Of a DNA stretch of 64,000 nucleotides, positions 1-9,177 are shown piece after piece (the stretch's first letter is position 1; every line of letters begins with the position of its first letter). The notes under the pieces were generated by a model, which saw only the letters and a program-made list of their open reading frames with translations, was not told where the DNA came from and did not search any database. Both the position numbers and the translations under genes were made by a program. The stretch comes from an uncultured bacterium (GTDB lineage Bacteria > Planctomycetota > UBA1135 > GCA-002686595), in assembly GCA_943787795.1 (NCBI GenBank), contig CALSNU010000007.1, positions 96,001 through 160,000 of the forward strand. The letters run 5' to 3'.

Positions 1-599
1 CGGCGCTGGGGGTCGTTCCACGCGTCTCTGGGCGCGTGCGGGTGCTGGGCGAAGACCCGGCACGCAGGCGCCGCCTGGTGGCGTATGTTCCGCAGCGGAC
101 GAGCGTCGACTGGGACTTCCCGACCTCGGTCCTCGACGTCGTCTTGATGGGCACCTACGGCCAGCTCGGCTGGTTCCGGCGCCCGGGCCGCAAGGAGCGC
201 GCTCTGGCCCTGCAAGCCCTCGAGCAGATGGAGATGGCGGATCTGGCGGGCCGGCAGATCGCCGAGCTGTCAGGCGGCCAGCAGCAGCGGGTCTTCCTCG
301 CACGCGCGCTGGTGCAGGACGCCGAGGTCTACTTCATGGACGAGCCCTTCGCCGGCGTGGACGCGGTGACAGAGCAGAGCATCGCCTCGCTCATGGGGCT
401 CCTCGCCCATCAGGGCAAGACCATCCTCTCCGTGCACCATGACCTCGCGACGGTGCCGCGCTACTTCGAACATGCGGTGCTGCTGAATCGGGTCGTCCAG
501 GCGGTCGGGACGGTCAAGGAGGTCTTCCACCGCAGCAATCTGGATCGCCTGTACGGGGGGCGCGTCCCCGCGAACGTCCCCGAGTTCGCGTCGTCATGA
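1..599 (+). CDS. Mn/Zn/Fe ABC transporter ATP-binding subunit (TroB/MntA-like), 5'-truncated by window edge
   Basis: AYVPQRTSVDWDFP, signature LSGGQQQRVFLARAL, Walker B YFMDEPFAGVD, H-loop VHHDL; frame open to window start. Confidence 0.93.
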   Translation, partial: ALGVVPRVSGRVRVLGEDPARRRRLVAYVPQRTSVDWDFPTSVLDVVLMGTYGQLGWFRRPGRKERALALQALEQMEMADLAGRQIAELSGGQQQRVFLARALVQDAEVYFMDEPFAGVDAVTEQSIASLMGLLAHQGKTILSVHHDLATVPRYFEHAVLLNRVVQAVGTVKEVFHRSNLDRLYGGRVPANVPEFASS

Positions 600-1528
600 G
601 CGCTCCGTGGGTCGACCTCGACCCGACCCTGGTCGTCGTGGCGGCGGGGACCACGACGGTGGGGGCGGTGAGCGGGGCCCTGGGTTGCTTCGCTTACCTC
701 CGGCGACAGGGGCTGGTTGGGGACGTGGTCTCGCACTCGGCGCTGCTCGGCGTCGTCGTCGCCTTCGTGCTCTCCCACGCGATCACGGGGAGCGCTTCGC
801 GGTCCCTCATGGTCCTTGTTCCAGGGGCGCTCATCGCGGGCACCGCGGCGCTGATGCTGGCGCGCTCCGTGTCGACCCGTACCCGGCTCAACGAAGACGC
901 GAGCCTGGGGGTGATGCTCTCGATCTTCTTCGGCGGGGGGCTCTTCCTGCTCCGCTGGGTGCAGCGGCAGAGCCCGCCCATCCCGGGGCATACGGGGCTC
1001 GAGGACTACCTCTTCGGGATGGCCGCCGCCATGACCCGGGCAGACCTGTGGATGATCTTCGCCCTCGGAGGCTGCGCCGTCGTGGTGCTGTTCCTCGCCT
1101 GGAAGGAGCTCAAGGTGTTCACGTTTGACCCTGACTTCTCCAGGAGCCTGGGCCTACCCTCGCGCGTGCTCGACACGCTGATGATGGCGCTGCTCGTGGC
1201 AGGCGTCGTGATCGGGATCCAGACGGTGGGGGTGATCCTGATGATCGCCCTCCTCGTGACGCCCGCGGCGGCGGCCCGTCAGTGGACCTCACGCCTGTCG
1301 ACCATGGCGCTGCTGGCGGCGGTGTTCGGCGCGGCCTCAGGAGCCGGCGGCGCGCTGTTGAGCGCCTCGGAGGCGGGTCTCCCCACAGGGCCGGTGGTGG
1401 TCCTCCTCGCAACAGCCATCTTCGCGCTGTCTCTCCTGCTGGCGCCGCAGCGCGGGGTAATCGCGCGCGCGCGCGCGCGCCGAGCCCTGCGTGACGTGCC
1501 GCCTCCGGCGGCGGGAGGGGCCTCGTGA
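596..1528 (+). CDS. Metal ABC transporter permease (ABC-3, TroC-like)
   Basis: Multi-TM protein; GDVVSHSALLG, KELKVFTFDPDF, GIQTVGVILM, PAAAARQWT; ATGA overlap with ATPase gene. Confidence 0.92.
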   Translation: MSAPWVDLDPTLVVVAAGTTTVGAVSGALGCFAYLRRQGLVGDVVSHSALLGVVVAFVLSHAITGSASRSLMVLVPGALIAGTAALMLARSVSTRTRLNEDASLGVMLSIFFGGGLFLLRWVQRQSPPIPGHTGLEDYLFGMAAAMTRADLWMIFALGGCAVVVLFLAWKELKVFTFDPDFSRSLGLPSRVLDTLMMALLVAGVVIGIQTVGVILMIALLVTPAAAARQWTSRLSTMALLAAVFGAASGAGGALLSASEAGLPTGPVVVLLATAIFALSLLLAPQRGVIARARARRALRDVPPPAAGGAS

Positions 1529-2589
1529 TCGAGTTCTGGACCCTGGCGATCGCGGCGGTGACCGCGCTGGCCTGCGCCCTCTCCGGGACCTTCCTCGTGC
1601 TCAAGCGCGAGGCGCTGGTCTCCGAGGGCCTGGCTCACGCGGTCCTCCCGGGGATCGTGATCGCCTATGCGCTGATCGGGGATCGGACCTCTCCGTTGCT
1701 GCTCGTTGGCGCCGCGGCCATGGGCCTCTTGATGATCCTCGCCGTCCAGGCCATTCGTCGGACGGGGGTGGTGGACTCCACGGCGTCGCTCGGCGTTGTG
1801 TTCCCCGCGCTCTTCAGCGTGGGCGTCCTCTTGACCAGCATGGATCTCGCGGGAACCTACTTCCACGCCGACTGCATCATCGAGGGGAACCTCGCCCTCG
1901 CGCCCCTCGATCGCCTCGAGCTCGGAGGCCGCGACCTGGGTCCGCGGGCTTTCTGGTCCGTCTCTGCCGCGCTGCTCCTCGTCGCCGGATTCGTGTTGCT
2001 CCTCTTCAAGGAGCTCAAGCTCTTGACCTTCGATCCTGAGCTGGCGGCCAGCCTCGGCTTCCGACCGAGTCGGATCCACGTGGCGTGGCTCGCGGTGGTG
2101 TCTTTCACCGTGGTCGCGTCCTTCGAGGCAGCCGGTTCGATCCTCGTTGTGGCCCTGATGATCGCGCCACCTGCAGCCGCGGTCCTGTGGGTGGACGACG
2201 TGCGGCATGTCCTCGGCCTGGCCGGTGTGTTCGCGCTGGTGAGCGCCGCCGTGGGACACGAGTTGGGGATGGCCTTGGATGTCGCCCCGGCGGGCCCGAT
2301 GGCCACCTCGGCGGGCGTCTTGTTCCTCGCGTCGCTGGCCCTCGCGCCGAGGGGCATCGTCATGAGGGGGCGCGCGCGTCGGAGCGTCCTGGCCCGTCTG
2401 GAGGTGGACCTGGTCGCGGCGCGGCTCCGATCGGGGTCGCCCAGGGACTCCGAGTCCGTGCGGGGTGAGCTGGGCTGGCCTCGCCGCCGCTTCGAGGCCG
2501 TCGTCGCCCGGGCGGTGTCCGGGGCCGCGCTCATCCATGATCCCGCGGCGGGGACCCTCCACCTCGCGGCGAGACCGGCGGGGAGTTGA
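1525..2589 (+). CDS. Metal ABC transporter permease (ABC-3, TroD-like) with C-terminal soluble extension
   Basis: GTFLVLKREALVSEGLAHAVLPG, KELKLLTFDPELA, ASFEAAGSILVVALMIAPP. Confidence 0.92.
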   Translation: MIEFWTLAIAAVTALACALSGTFLVLKREALVSEGLAHAVLPGIVIAYALIGDRTSPLLLVGAAAMGLLMILAVQAIRRTGVVDSTASLGVVFPALFSVGVLLTSMDLAGTYFHADCIIEGNLALAPLDRLELGGRDLGPRAFWSVSAALLLVAGFVLLLFKELKLLTFDPELAASLGFRPSRIHVAWLAVVSFTVVASFEAAGSILVVALMIAPPAAAVLWVDDVRHVLGLAGVFALVSAAVGHELGMALDVAPAGPMATSAGVLFLASLALAPRGIVMRGRARRSVLARLEVDLVAARLRSGSPRDSESVRGELGWPRRRFEAVVARAVSGAALIHDPAAGTLHLAARPAGS

Positions 2590-2650
2590 CCGCTGAAAGG
2601 ACCGTTCGGCGGTGGTCCAGGAGCAGGGCGCTCCCTATCCTCTGCGCCTC

Positions 2651-3761
2651 ATGTCACCCACCCCCGCCGACTACCGCGACCGTACGAAGGAGCTCCGCGG
2701 CAGACTCAGTCTGCTGACGGAGAGTCTTTGACTACCCCATCAAGCTGAAACGATTCGAGGAGATCGAGGAGCTGCAGGTCAGCCCCGACTTCTGGAATGA
2801 CCAGGACCAGAGCCAGAAGCTGGTCCGGGAGCTGAAGGGGCTCCGGCACGTGGTGGAGCCCGTCAGGAGCCTGGAGAGCGGCTTCGAAGAGGTCGAGCTC
2901 CTGCTGGAGATGGCCGAGGAAGGGGGTGAGCTCGAGGAGGTCTCCAGCGAGCTGGACGCCACCCTTGAGGGAGCGAAGGACACGCTCGACGACCTCGAGT
3001 TCAAGGTCATGCTCGGCGGGCCGAGCGATCAGATGGGGGCGTTCCTCCAGATCAGCGCTGGCGCCGGCGGGGTCGACGCCTGTGACTGGGCCTCGATGCT
3101 CATGCGCATGTACGTACGCTGGGCGGAGCGCCGCGAGTTCGACCTCACCCAGGTCGAGCTGAGCGAGGAGGACCAGGGCGGCATCCGCGGCGTGACGCTG
3201 CACATCGAGGGGCCCTACGCCTTCGGCTACCTGAAGGCCGAGACCGGCGTGCACCGGCTGGTTCGCATCAGCCCCTTCGACGCCCAGGCTCGTCGCCAGA
3301 CGGCCTTCGCCTCGGTGGACGTCACCCCTGCGACCGATGATTCGATCGAGATCGACATCAACGAGTCGGACGTCAAGGTGGACACCATGCGCGCGGGCGG
3401 CGCCGGTGGTCAGCACGTCAACAAGACCGAGTCGGCGGTCCGCCTGACGCACCTGCCGACCGGGATCGTCGTCCGCTGCCAGAACGAGCGCAGCCAGCAC
3501 AAGAACCGCGCCACGGCGTGGAGCATGCTGAAGGCCAAGATCCTCGCCATGGAGGAGGCCAAGCGCGACGCCGAGATGAGCAAGCTCTACGGCGAGAAGG
3601 GTGAGATCGCCTGGGGCAGCCAGATTCGCTCCTACGTGCTGAACCCGTACCAGATGGTCAAGGACCACCGGACCAACGTGGAGGAGGGCAACGTCCAGAA
3701 GGTGCTCGACGGTGAACTCGACCCCTTCATGGAAGCCTACCTCAAGCTGAAGAAGGGCTAG
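2651..3761 (+). CDS. prfB: Peptide chain release factor 2 with programmed +1 frameshift at CTT-TGA-C (2726-2732)
   Basis: ATG 2651 reads 26 codons to CTT TGA; +1 frame continues DYPIKLK...PDFWNDQ into ORF with SPF motif (RISPFD), GGQ ([12 protein letters not shown]), WGSQIRSY. Confidence 0.97.
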
Positions 3762-3830
3762 GGGCAACGAGGCGGCCGGAATCGGCGGCGGTGGGGTGGC
3801 AAGCCCCGCCGTGCGGACTAGGCTCCCCGC

Positions 3831-4223
3831 ATGAGCGCCTCCAGCCACCCCCACTTTGACGACCGCGGAACCCTGACCTGGTACACGACCATGGCGGAGG
3901 CGAAGGCCGCCGCCGCCGCGGAGGGGAAGAAGATCTTCATCGAGTTCGGGCGCGAACTCTGAAGCCAGTGCCGCAGCCTCGTGGAGGCTGTCATTCCCCG
4001 CCCTGACGTGGCGCCCATGCTCCAGGCCTGCTTCGTGGCCGTGGCCTCGGACTGCGATGAGCCGGAGGACGAGGTCATCGCCCTCGCCCAGAAGGTTGAG
4101 GACGCGATGATGCTGCCCTTCGTTCTCTTCGCCGATGCGGACGGGAACTACCTCGACGGGTACTCGGGGGTCGTGACGCCTCCGTACCTCATCAAGAAGC
4201 TCACCGAGTTCTCCGGCTCGTGA
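3831..4223 (+). CDS. Thioredoxin-fold selenoprotein with UxxC motif (Sec at TGA 3960-3962), 130 aa
   Basis: ATG 3831 reads ...[39 protein letters not shown]...; same frame continues to cis-Pro loop [15 protein letters not shown] falls at first Cys of CxxC; SECIS-like hairpin follows. Confidence 0.85.
3973..3991 (+). promoter_or_regulatory. Bacterial SECIS-like hairpin
   Basis: GCAGCCTC-GTG-GAGGCTGT: 8-bp stem, GUG loop, starts at the 11th nt after the in-frame UGA. Confidence 0.7.
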
Positions 4224-6433
4224 TGCTCGTCGCCCTCTGCGTCAGCGCGGCCCTCTCCATCCCGACCATGACCGGCGCCACGCCGCAGGATGACGAGCCC
4301 GCGCACGGCGTCAGGGCACCGCTACCCTCTCCAGAGGAGATCGCGGCGCTCCCGGCGGACGGCGGCGATGAGTTCAATCGGCTGGTCTTCTCTGGCAGCC
4401 CCTACCTCCTCCAGCACGCGCGCAACCCCGTGGACTGGCACGAGTGGGGCCCGGCGGCGTTCGAGCTCGCGGCCGAGCGCGGCGTGCCGGTGTTCCTCTC
4501 GATCGGCTACTCCACGTGCCACTGGTGCCACGTGATGGAGCACGAGAGCTTCGAGGACGCAGAGGTCGCGAGGCTCATGAACGAGGCGTTCGTGTGCGTC
4601 AAGCTCGACCGCGAGGAGCGGCCGGATATCGACCAGCTCTACATGTCGGTGACCCAGGCGCTCACGGGGAGCGGCGGCTGGCCGATGACCGTGGTCATGA
4701 CCCCGGACAAGCGCCCCTTCTTTGCGGGGACCTACTTCCCGAAGCAGTCCATCGGCCAGCGCTTCGGGATGCTCGAGCTCGTCCCCGCGCTCTCGACAGC
4801 GTGGAGCGAACGTCGTGAGGAGGTGCTGCAATCGGCGAAAGCGATCACCGAGGACCTCGCGGCGCGGGTGGCGGGTGCTCCAGGGGGCGACCTGACGGCG
4901 GAGCACCTCGCCGAGGGAGAGGCGGAGCTCTCCCGGCGCTTCGACAGCGCCCGGGGCGGCTTCGGCGCCGCCCGCAAGTTCCCCGTGCCTCACGAACAGA
5001 CCTTCCTCCTTCGGCGCCACGGCGCCACCGGCTCGGCTCGCGCCCTGGAGATGGTCGAGCGGACCCTGGGTGCCTGGCGCCTTGGCGGCGTGTTCGATCA
5101 GGTGGGCTTGGGGATCCACCGCTACTCCACGGACCCGAACTGGCTCGTCCCGCACTTCGAGAAGATGCTCTACGACCAGGCGCTCTGCAGCCTCGCCTAC
5201 GTGGACGCCTGGCTCGTGACTGGTGACGCCACGTATGAGCGCGCGGCCCGCGAGATCCTGGCGTACGTGAGCCGGGACATGACCTCGCCGGAGGGCGGCT
5301 TCTACTCGGCGGAGGATGCGGACAGCGAGGGGGAGGAGGGGCTCTTCTACCTCTGGACCGAGGCCGAGCTCGGCGAGGTGCTCGACGCCGAGGAGGCAGC
5401 GTTCGTACGGGAGCGCTTCCGGACCAGCGACGAGGGGAACTACCGGGACGAGGCGACCGGGGAGCGGACGGGCCGCAACGTGCTCCATCTCAATGCGCCC
5501 CTCTCCGACGCCGAGCGAGCGCGCTGGGACGTCATGAGGGCGCGGCTCTTCGAGGCCCGCGAGGGGCGGATCCACCCGCTCAAGGACGACAAGGTCCTCA
5601 CGGACTGGAACGGTCTGATGATCTCGGCCTTCGCGCGAGCTGGCCGCGCATTTGGCGACGAGGCCCTGGTGGCCACCGCTCGGCGGGCGGCGGACTTCGT
5701 GCTCTCGGAGCTGCGCACCGATTCAGGGCGGCTCCTGAAGCGCTGGCGTGGCGGGGAGGCGGGGCTCCACGGGATGCTCGAAGACCACGCGTTCCTGGCC
5801 CAGGGGCTCCTGGACCTCTTCGAGGCCTCCCACGAGGTCGCTTATCTCGTAGCCGCTCGTGAGATTGTCGACACCGCTGTCCTGCACTTCCATGACGACG
5901 AGGCTGGCGGGTTCTTCCTGAGTCCCGATGACGGTGAGGCGCTGCTGGTTCGCTCCAAGACCATCTATGACGGCGCGCGCCCCTCCGGCAACTCGGTCAT
6001 GGCCTGCACCCTCCAGCGGCTCTCACGGATGACCGGGGAGACGGGCTACGAGGAACTTGCCGCCGGCACCATTCGGGCCTTCAGTGCTCAGGTCGAGCAG
6101 AGCCCCAGCTACTCGACGCAGCTCCTGGCGGCCGTGGACTTTCAGACCTCCACGACCCGCGAGATCGTGGTCGTGGGTCCGCCGCAGGCGCCGGAGACAC
6201 GGGCCATGCTGGCCCTGCTCGCCCGCCGCTATGCGCCCAACGACGTGGTGTTGCTCCGTCCGCCCGGTGAGGAGGGTGCGTCGTTGGCCGCCGCCTGCCC
6301 CTTCACCGAGCCCCTCGTGCCGGTGGACAGCAAGGCCACAGCGTACGTGTGCACCAACTTCGCCTGCGCTGCGCCGGTGACGACGCTCGAGGCCCTGGCT
6401 GGACTCCTCGAGGATGGCGCCGCGGATCGCTGA
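4220..6433 (+). CDS. Thioredoxin domain-containing protein YyaL/SPATA20 family (DUF255 plus six-hairpin glycosidase-like domain), with N-terminal hydrophobic segment
   Basis: NRL...[64 protein letters not shown]. Confidence 0.95.
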   Translation: MMLVALCVSAALSIPTMTGATPQDDEPAHGVRAPLPSPEEIAALPADGGDEFNRLVFSGSPYLLQHARNPVDWHEWGPAAFELAAERGVPVFLSIGYSTCHWCHVMEHESFEDAEVARLMNEAFVCVKLDREERPDIDQLYMSVTQALTGSGGWPMTVVMTPDKRPFFAGTYFPKQSIGQRFGMLELVPALSTAWSERREEVLQSAKAITEDLAARVAGAPGGDLTAEHLAEGEAELSRRFDSARGGFGAARKFPVPHEQTFLLRRHGATGSARALEMVERTLGAWRLGGVFDQVGLGIHRYSTDPNWLVPHFEKMLYDQALCSLAYVDAWLVTGDATYERAAREILAYVSRDMTSPEGGFYSAEDADSEGEEGLFYLWTEAELGEVLDAEEAAFVRERFRTSDEGNYRDEATGERTGRNVLHLNAPLSDAERARWDVMRARLFEAREGRIHPLKDDKVLTDWNGLMISAFARAGRAFGDEALVATARRAADFVLSELRTDSGRLLKRWRGGEAGLHGMLEDHAFLAQGLLDLFEASHEVAYLVAAREIVDTAVLHFHDDEAGGFFLSPDDGEALLVRSKTIYDGARPSGNSVMACTLQRLSRMTGETGYEELAAGTIRAFSAQVEQSPSYSTQLLAAVDFQTSTTREIVVVGPPQAPETRAMLALLARRYAPNDVVLLRPPGEEGASLAAACPFTEPLVPVDSKATAYVCTNFACAAPVTTLEALAGLLEDGAADR

Positions 6434-6459
6434 GGGATCCGAGCACCTCACCAACGAGC

Positions 6460-6498
6460 GCGCCCCCCGCGCAGGCTGGTCGGCCTGCGCGGGGGCGC
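6460..6498. terminator. GC-rich hairpin between convergent genes (likely bidirectional terminator)
   Basis: gcgccccccgcgcaggct-ggtc-ggcctgcgcgggggcgc inverted repeat; no clear U tail. Confidence 0.55.
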
Positions 6499-6538
6499 AT
6501 TGGTTGGCTTCAGGCTCCGGGTCACCCGGAGGCTCCCA

Positions 6539-7750
6539 TCAGAGGAGCGGCACGGCGACGGCGCCGGTGAAGTTTGAGACGGCGCTGCCGCCGACGGAGT
6601 CGCGGTGCCAGGCCTGGAAGTTCCAGGTCTCGCCCGGCATGGCGGAGACGGAACCGGTCGGCGTCGGAAGGGCCCCCAGGTCGATCTCGAGGCTGAACGT
6701 GCCAGTGGACCCAGAGGACTGGATCTGGCCGGGGCCAACGTAGCGACCGATCGAGCCGCCGAGGCAGAGGTCACCCTGGCTGCCACCCGGGTTCGCCGTG
6801 AAGCCCTGCGTGTCGGAGACGAGGAAGAACCCGAAGGCGTTCTGCGGGAGCGAGGACGCGCGCAGCGTCATGTCGTGGTCGCCGATGAAGCGGCTTCCGT
6901 CGGCCTCGATCGCGCCGCCGACGCCGGTCGAGTTGATCGCACCGTTGCAGTAGACCGCGCCCGGATCGAGGGAGCGCGGGAGCCACGCCGCGGCGCTCGT
7001 GGATGTGGCGCCAGAGGCGTTGATGCCGTGCGGAGCGTCGTACGTCCCGGTGCCCAGGTTGAAGACCTGCGGCGGGAACGTCGGGTCGTCGTCGATGAGG
7101 TAGACCTTGTTGTTGCCGACCGTGCACCCGTCGACGTCGGCCGAGCCAGAGATGTAGGCGGAGCCGGGGACCGGGGTGGCCGTCCCGGCATCGATGTCGA
7201 TGGCTACGATCTCAAGGGCGATATCTTCAGGGGCGTAGAACAGGCCGTCTGCACGGTTGAAGCCCAGGCCGCTGATGGAGGCTGAGATGCCGTTCGTGCT
7301 GTAGGAGATGACCTGGGTCGCCACGAGCGTGTTGGGATCGAGCTCATAGAGACCGCGGGCCGTCGAGGGAGCGCCGAACGGCGGGAAGGCGAGCGCGAGG
7401 ATCAACCGGTCGTTGATGCTGTCGTAGCCCATGCCGTCCCAGCGGTAGAGGCCGCCGGTGTCGGTCACGATCGGGCCGACGTCGACGGGCCCATTGGGGC
7501 TCCCGTACTCCCACGTGGAGAGGCGACCGGGGGTGCCGCCGACCAGCCACATGAACTGCTCGGCGTCATTGGCTGCAGCACCAAAGACCTCGAACAGGTC
7601 GAACTGGAGCAGGGGGGAGACCGTGCCGGTCTCGACTTCTTCGAGGTAGGACTCTCCGAAGGAGAAGCCACCGTAGAGCTGAGCAGAGGCCGGGGCGCAG
7701 AGGGCGAAGGCCAGCAGGGAGGAGCCGGCGACAGTGATGGTGGAGTTCAT
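6539..7750 (-). CDS. Secreted beta-rich (propeller-like) protein with conserved ~140-aa C-terminal domain
   Basis: Signal peptide MNSTITVAGSSLLAFALCAPASAQ; repeated blade-like segments (GMGYD, GLGFN); C-terminus PGGSQGDLCLGGSIGR...GETWNFQAWHRD shared with 19525-22176. Confidence 0.8.
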   Translation of the reverse strand: MNSTITVAGSSLLAFALCAPASAQLYGGFSFGESYLEEVETGTVSPLLQFDLFEVFGAAANDAEQFMWLVGGTPGRLSTWEYGSPNGPVDVGPIVTDTGGLYRWDGMGYDSINDRLILALAFPPFGAPSTARGLYELDPNTLVATQVISYSTNGISASISGLGFNRADGLFYAPEDIALEIVAIDIDAGTATPVPGSAYISGSADVDGCTVGNNKVYLIDDDPTFPPQVFNLGTGTYDAPHGINASGATSTSAAAWLPRSLDPGAVYCNGAINSTGVGGAIEADGSRFIGDHDMTLRASSLPQNAFGFFLVSDTQGFTANPGGSQGDLCLGGSIGRYVGPGQIQSSGSTGTFSLEIDLGALPTPTGSVSAMPGETWNFQAWHRDSVGGSAVSNFTGAVAVPLL

Positions 7751-7923
7751 ATGGAGGAGGGAGCGGGGGCTCGGGCGTGTCGGGACTCTTGGCCCGAGCT
7801 GGGGATGTAGCCGAATACGGATTCGCAATAATCAGGTGGTGAGCGTATCACCAATTTCGAACTCTGGAGAAGTTTCTGGAAACCTTGACCTCGCACCTGG
7901 CCGGTCTGGGGGATGATCTTGAC

Positions 7924-9159
7924 ATGTCCAGGCGGCAGACTCAGCGGTCCGTGTCGAGCCGCACCGACCCCATCCCCTCGAATTCGGGGTTCGAATCCGA
8001 GGCGTCCACAGCCATCCATGCCCTCCGGCGGCATCTGGATGGGGTCATGAGCCTGTTGCCAGGTCCCATCACGCGCGCCTCCGAGCTCCAGCACGCGCTG
8101 GAAGTGGACAAGGCGCTGGCATGGCGAGTGTTCAACGCGGTGGAGTGCCCCGACGCCTTCACCGCAGCTCGCTACCTTCCGCGCTCCGCGGGCATCCGCT
8201 CATTCCTGGTGGCCGCTCGCAGGAAGGGAGTCGAGTCCAGCGCGCTCGAACGAGTCAACGCTGCGGTGGAGGCTCTTGATCGCGTCGTGAAGTCGCACGC
8301 GGGGGACCGCAAGCGCTTCGACATGCTCCTCGCGGCGCACTCGGTGGAGGGAAGGCAAGAGGCGGACCTCGCGCATCGCCGGATCGCCTTTGAGGGGAAC
8401 TCCTACGTCTGGGGCGCCTCGGCCGATGTGCAGCTCCGGAGCGCCTTCCTCGCGCCCTCAGCCGACAGGGGATTCGCAGACATGGCCAATCTCCGCGGCC
8501 TCCTCGGGCTCGAGTTCCTCCGCCCCGCGATGTCATGGCCGGTGGGTATCACTTGGCCGAGGCAGGACGACCTACGCACGACCAGGGAGGCGTCGATCGA
8601 GCCGCTCTTCGACCTGGATGACGCGCCTGATGATGCCGCTTCGCTCTTCTTCAGCGATCCCGGGCTCCGCGTGGAGTCGCGCGTGAGCGAGGGGGGAGGC
8701 CGGCAGTACATGGTCTCGACCGAGCGAGTCGGTGCCACCGGCGCGATCTCATGCGTCACCGGCGACGTGGTCCGGCCGGTTGGCCCGCTGACGGCGGAGG
8801 AGGGCAGCCGCAATGCCGGCGCCATGGCGACCATCTCCTGTCCGGTCCGGCTCCTCATCCTCGATGTCCTGGTCCACCGGAGCCTCTTCCCAGGGGTCGT
8901 CCCGGATGTCGTGATCCGGAGCGACTTCTCGCCCGGCTACGAAGGCCAGAGCCACCCGATGCCCCTCACCGAGGCCCCGGTCTTCATGGGGCCGGCGACC
9001 GGCCCGATTCGGACCTCCGAGGTGCCCCGGTATGACGAGATGCGGAGCTTCGTCTTCGAGAATGTGGGCTGGAGCGCGTCGGAATTCGACGTCTTCCGGC
9101 TCAGGGTCGAGTACCCGATCCTCTCGACCGCCTTGGCGCTCAGCTTCAAGCTGGCCTAG
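7924..9159 (+). CDS. Hypothetical protein (~410 aa), possible N-terminal helix-turn-helix
   Basis: Long ORF with high-GC codon usage; segment TRASELQHALEVDKALAWRVF resembles an HTH; start 7885 or 7924. Confidence 0.7.
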   Translation: MSRRQTQRSVSSRTDPIPSNSGFESEASTAIHALRRHLDGVMSLLPGPITRASELQHALEVDKALAWRVFNAVECPDAFTAARYLPRSAGIRSFLVAARRKGVESSALERVNAAVEALDRVVKSHAGDRKRFDMLLAAHSVEGRQEADLAHRRIAFEGNSYVWGASADVQLRSAFLAPSADRGFADMANLRGLLGLEFLRPAMSWPVGITWPRQDDLRTTREASIEPLFDLDDAPDDAASLFFSDPGLRVESRVSEGGGRQYMVSTERVGATGAISCVTGDVVRPVGPLTAEEGSRNAGAMATISCPVRLLILDVLVHRSLFPGVVPDVVIRSDFSPGYEGQSHPMPLTEAPVFMGPATGPIRTSEVPRYDEMRSFVFENVGWSASEFDVFRLRVEYPILSTALALSFKLA

Positions 9160-9177
9160 CCGACGCCTGGCTGGGCT

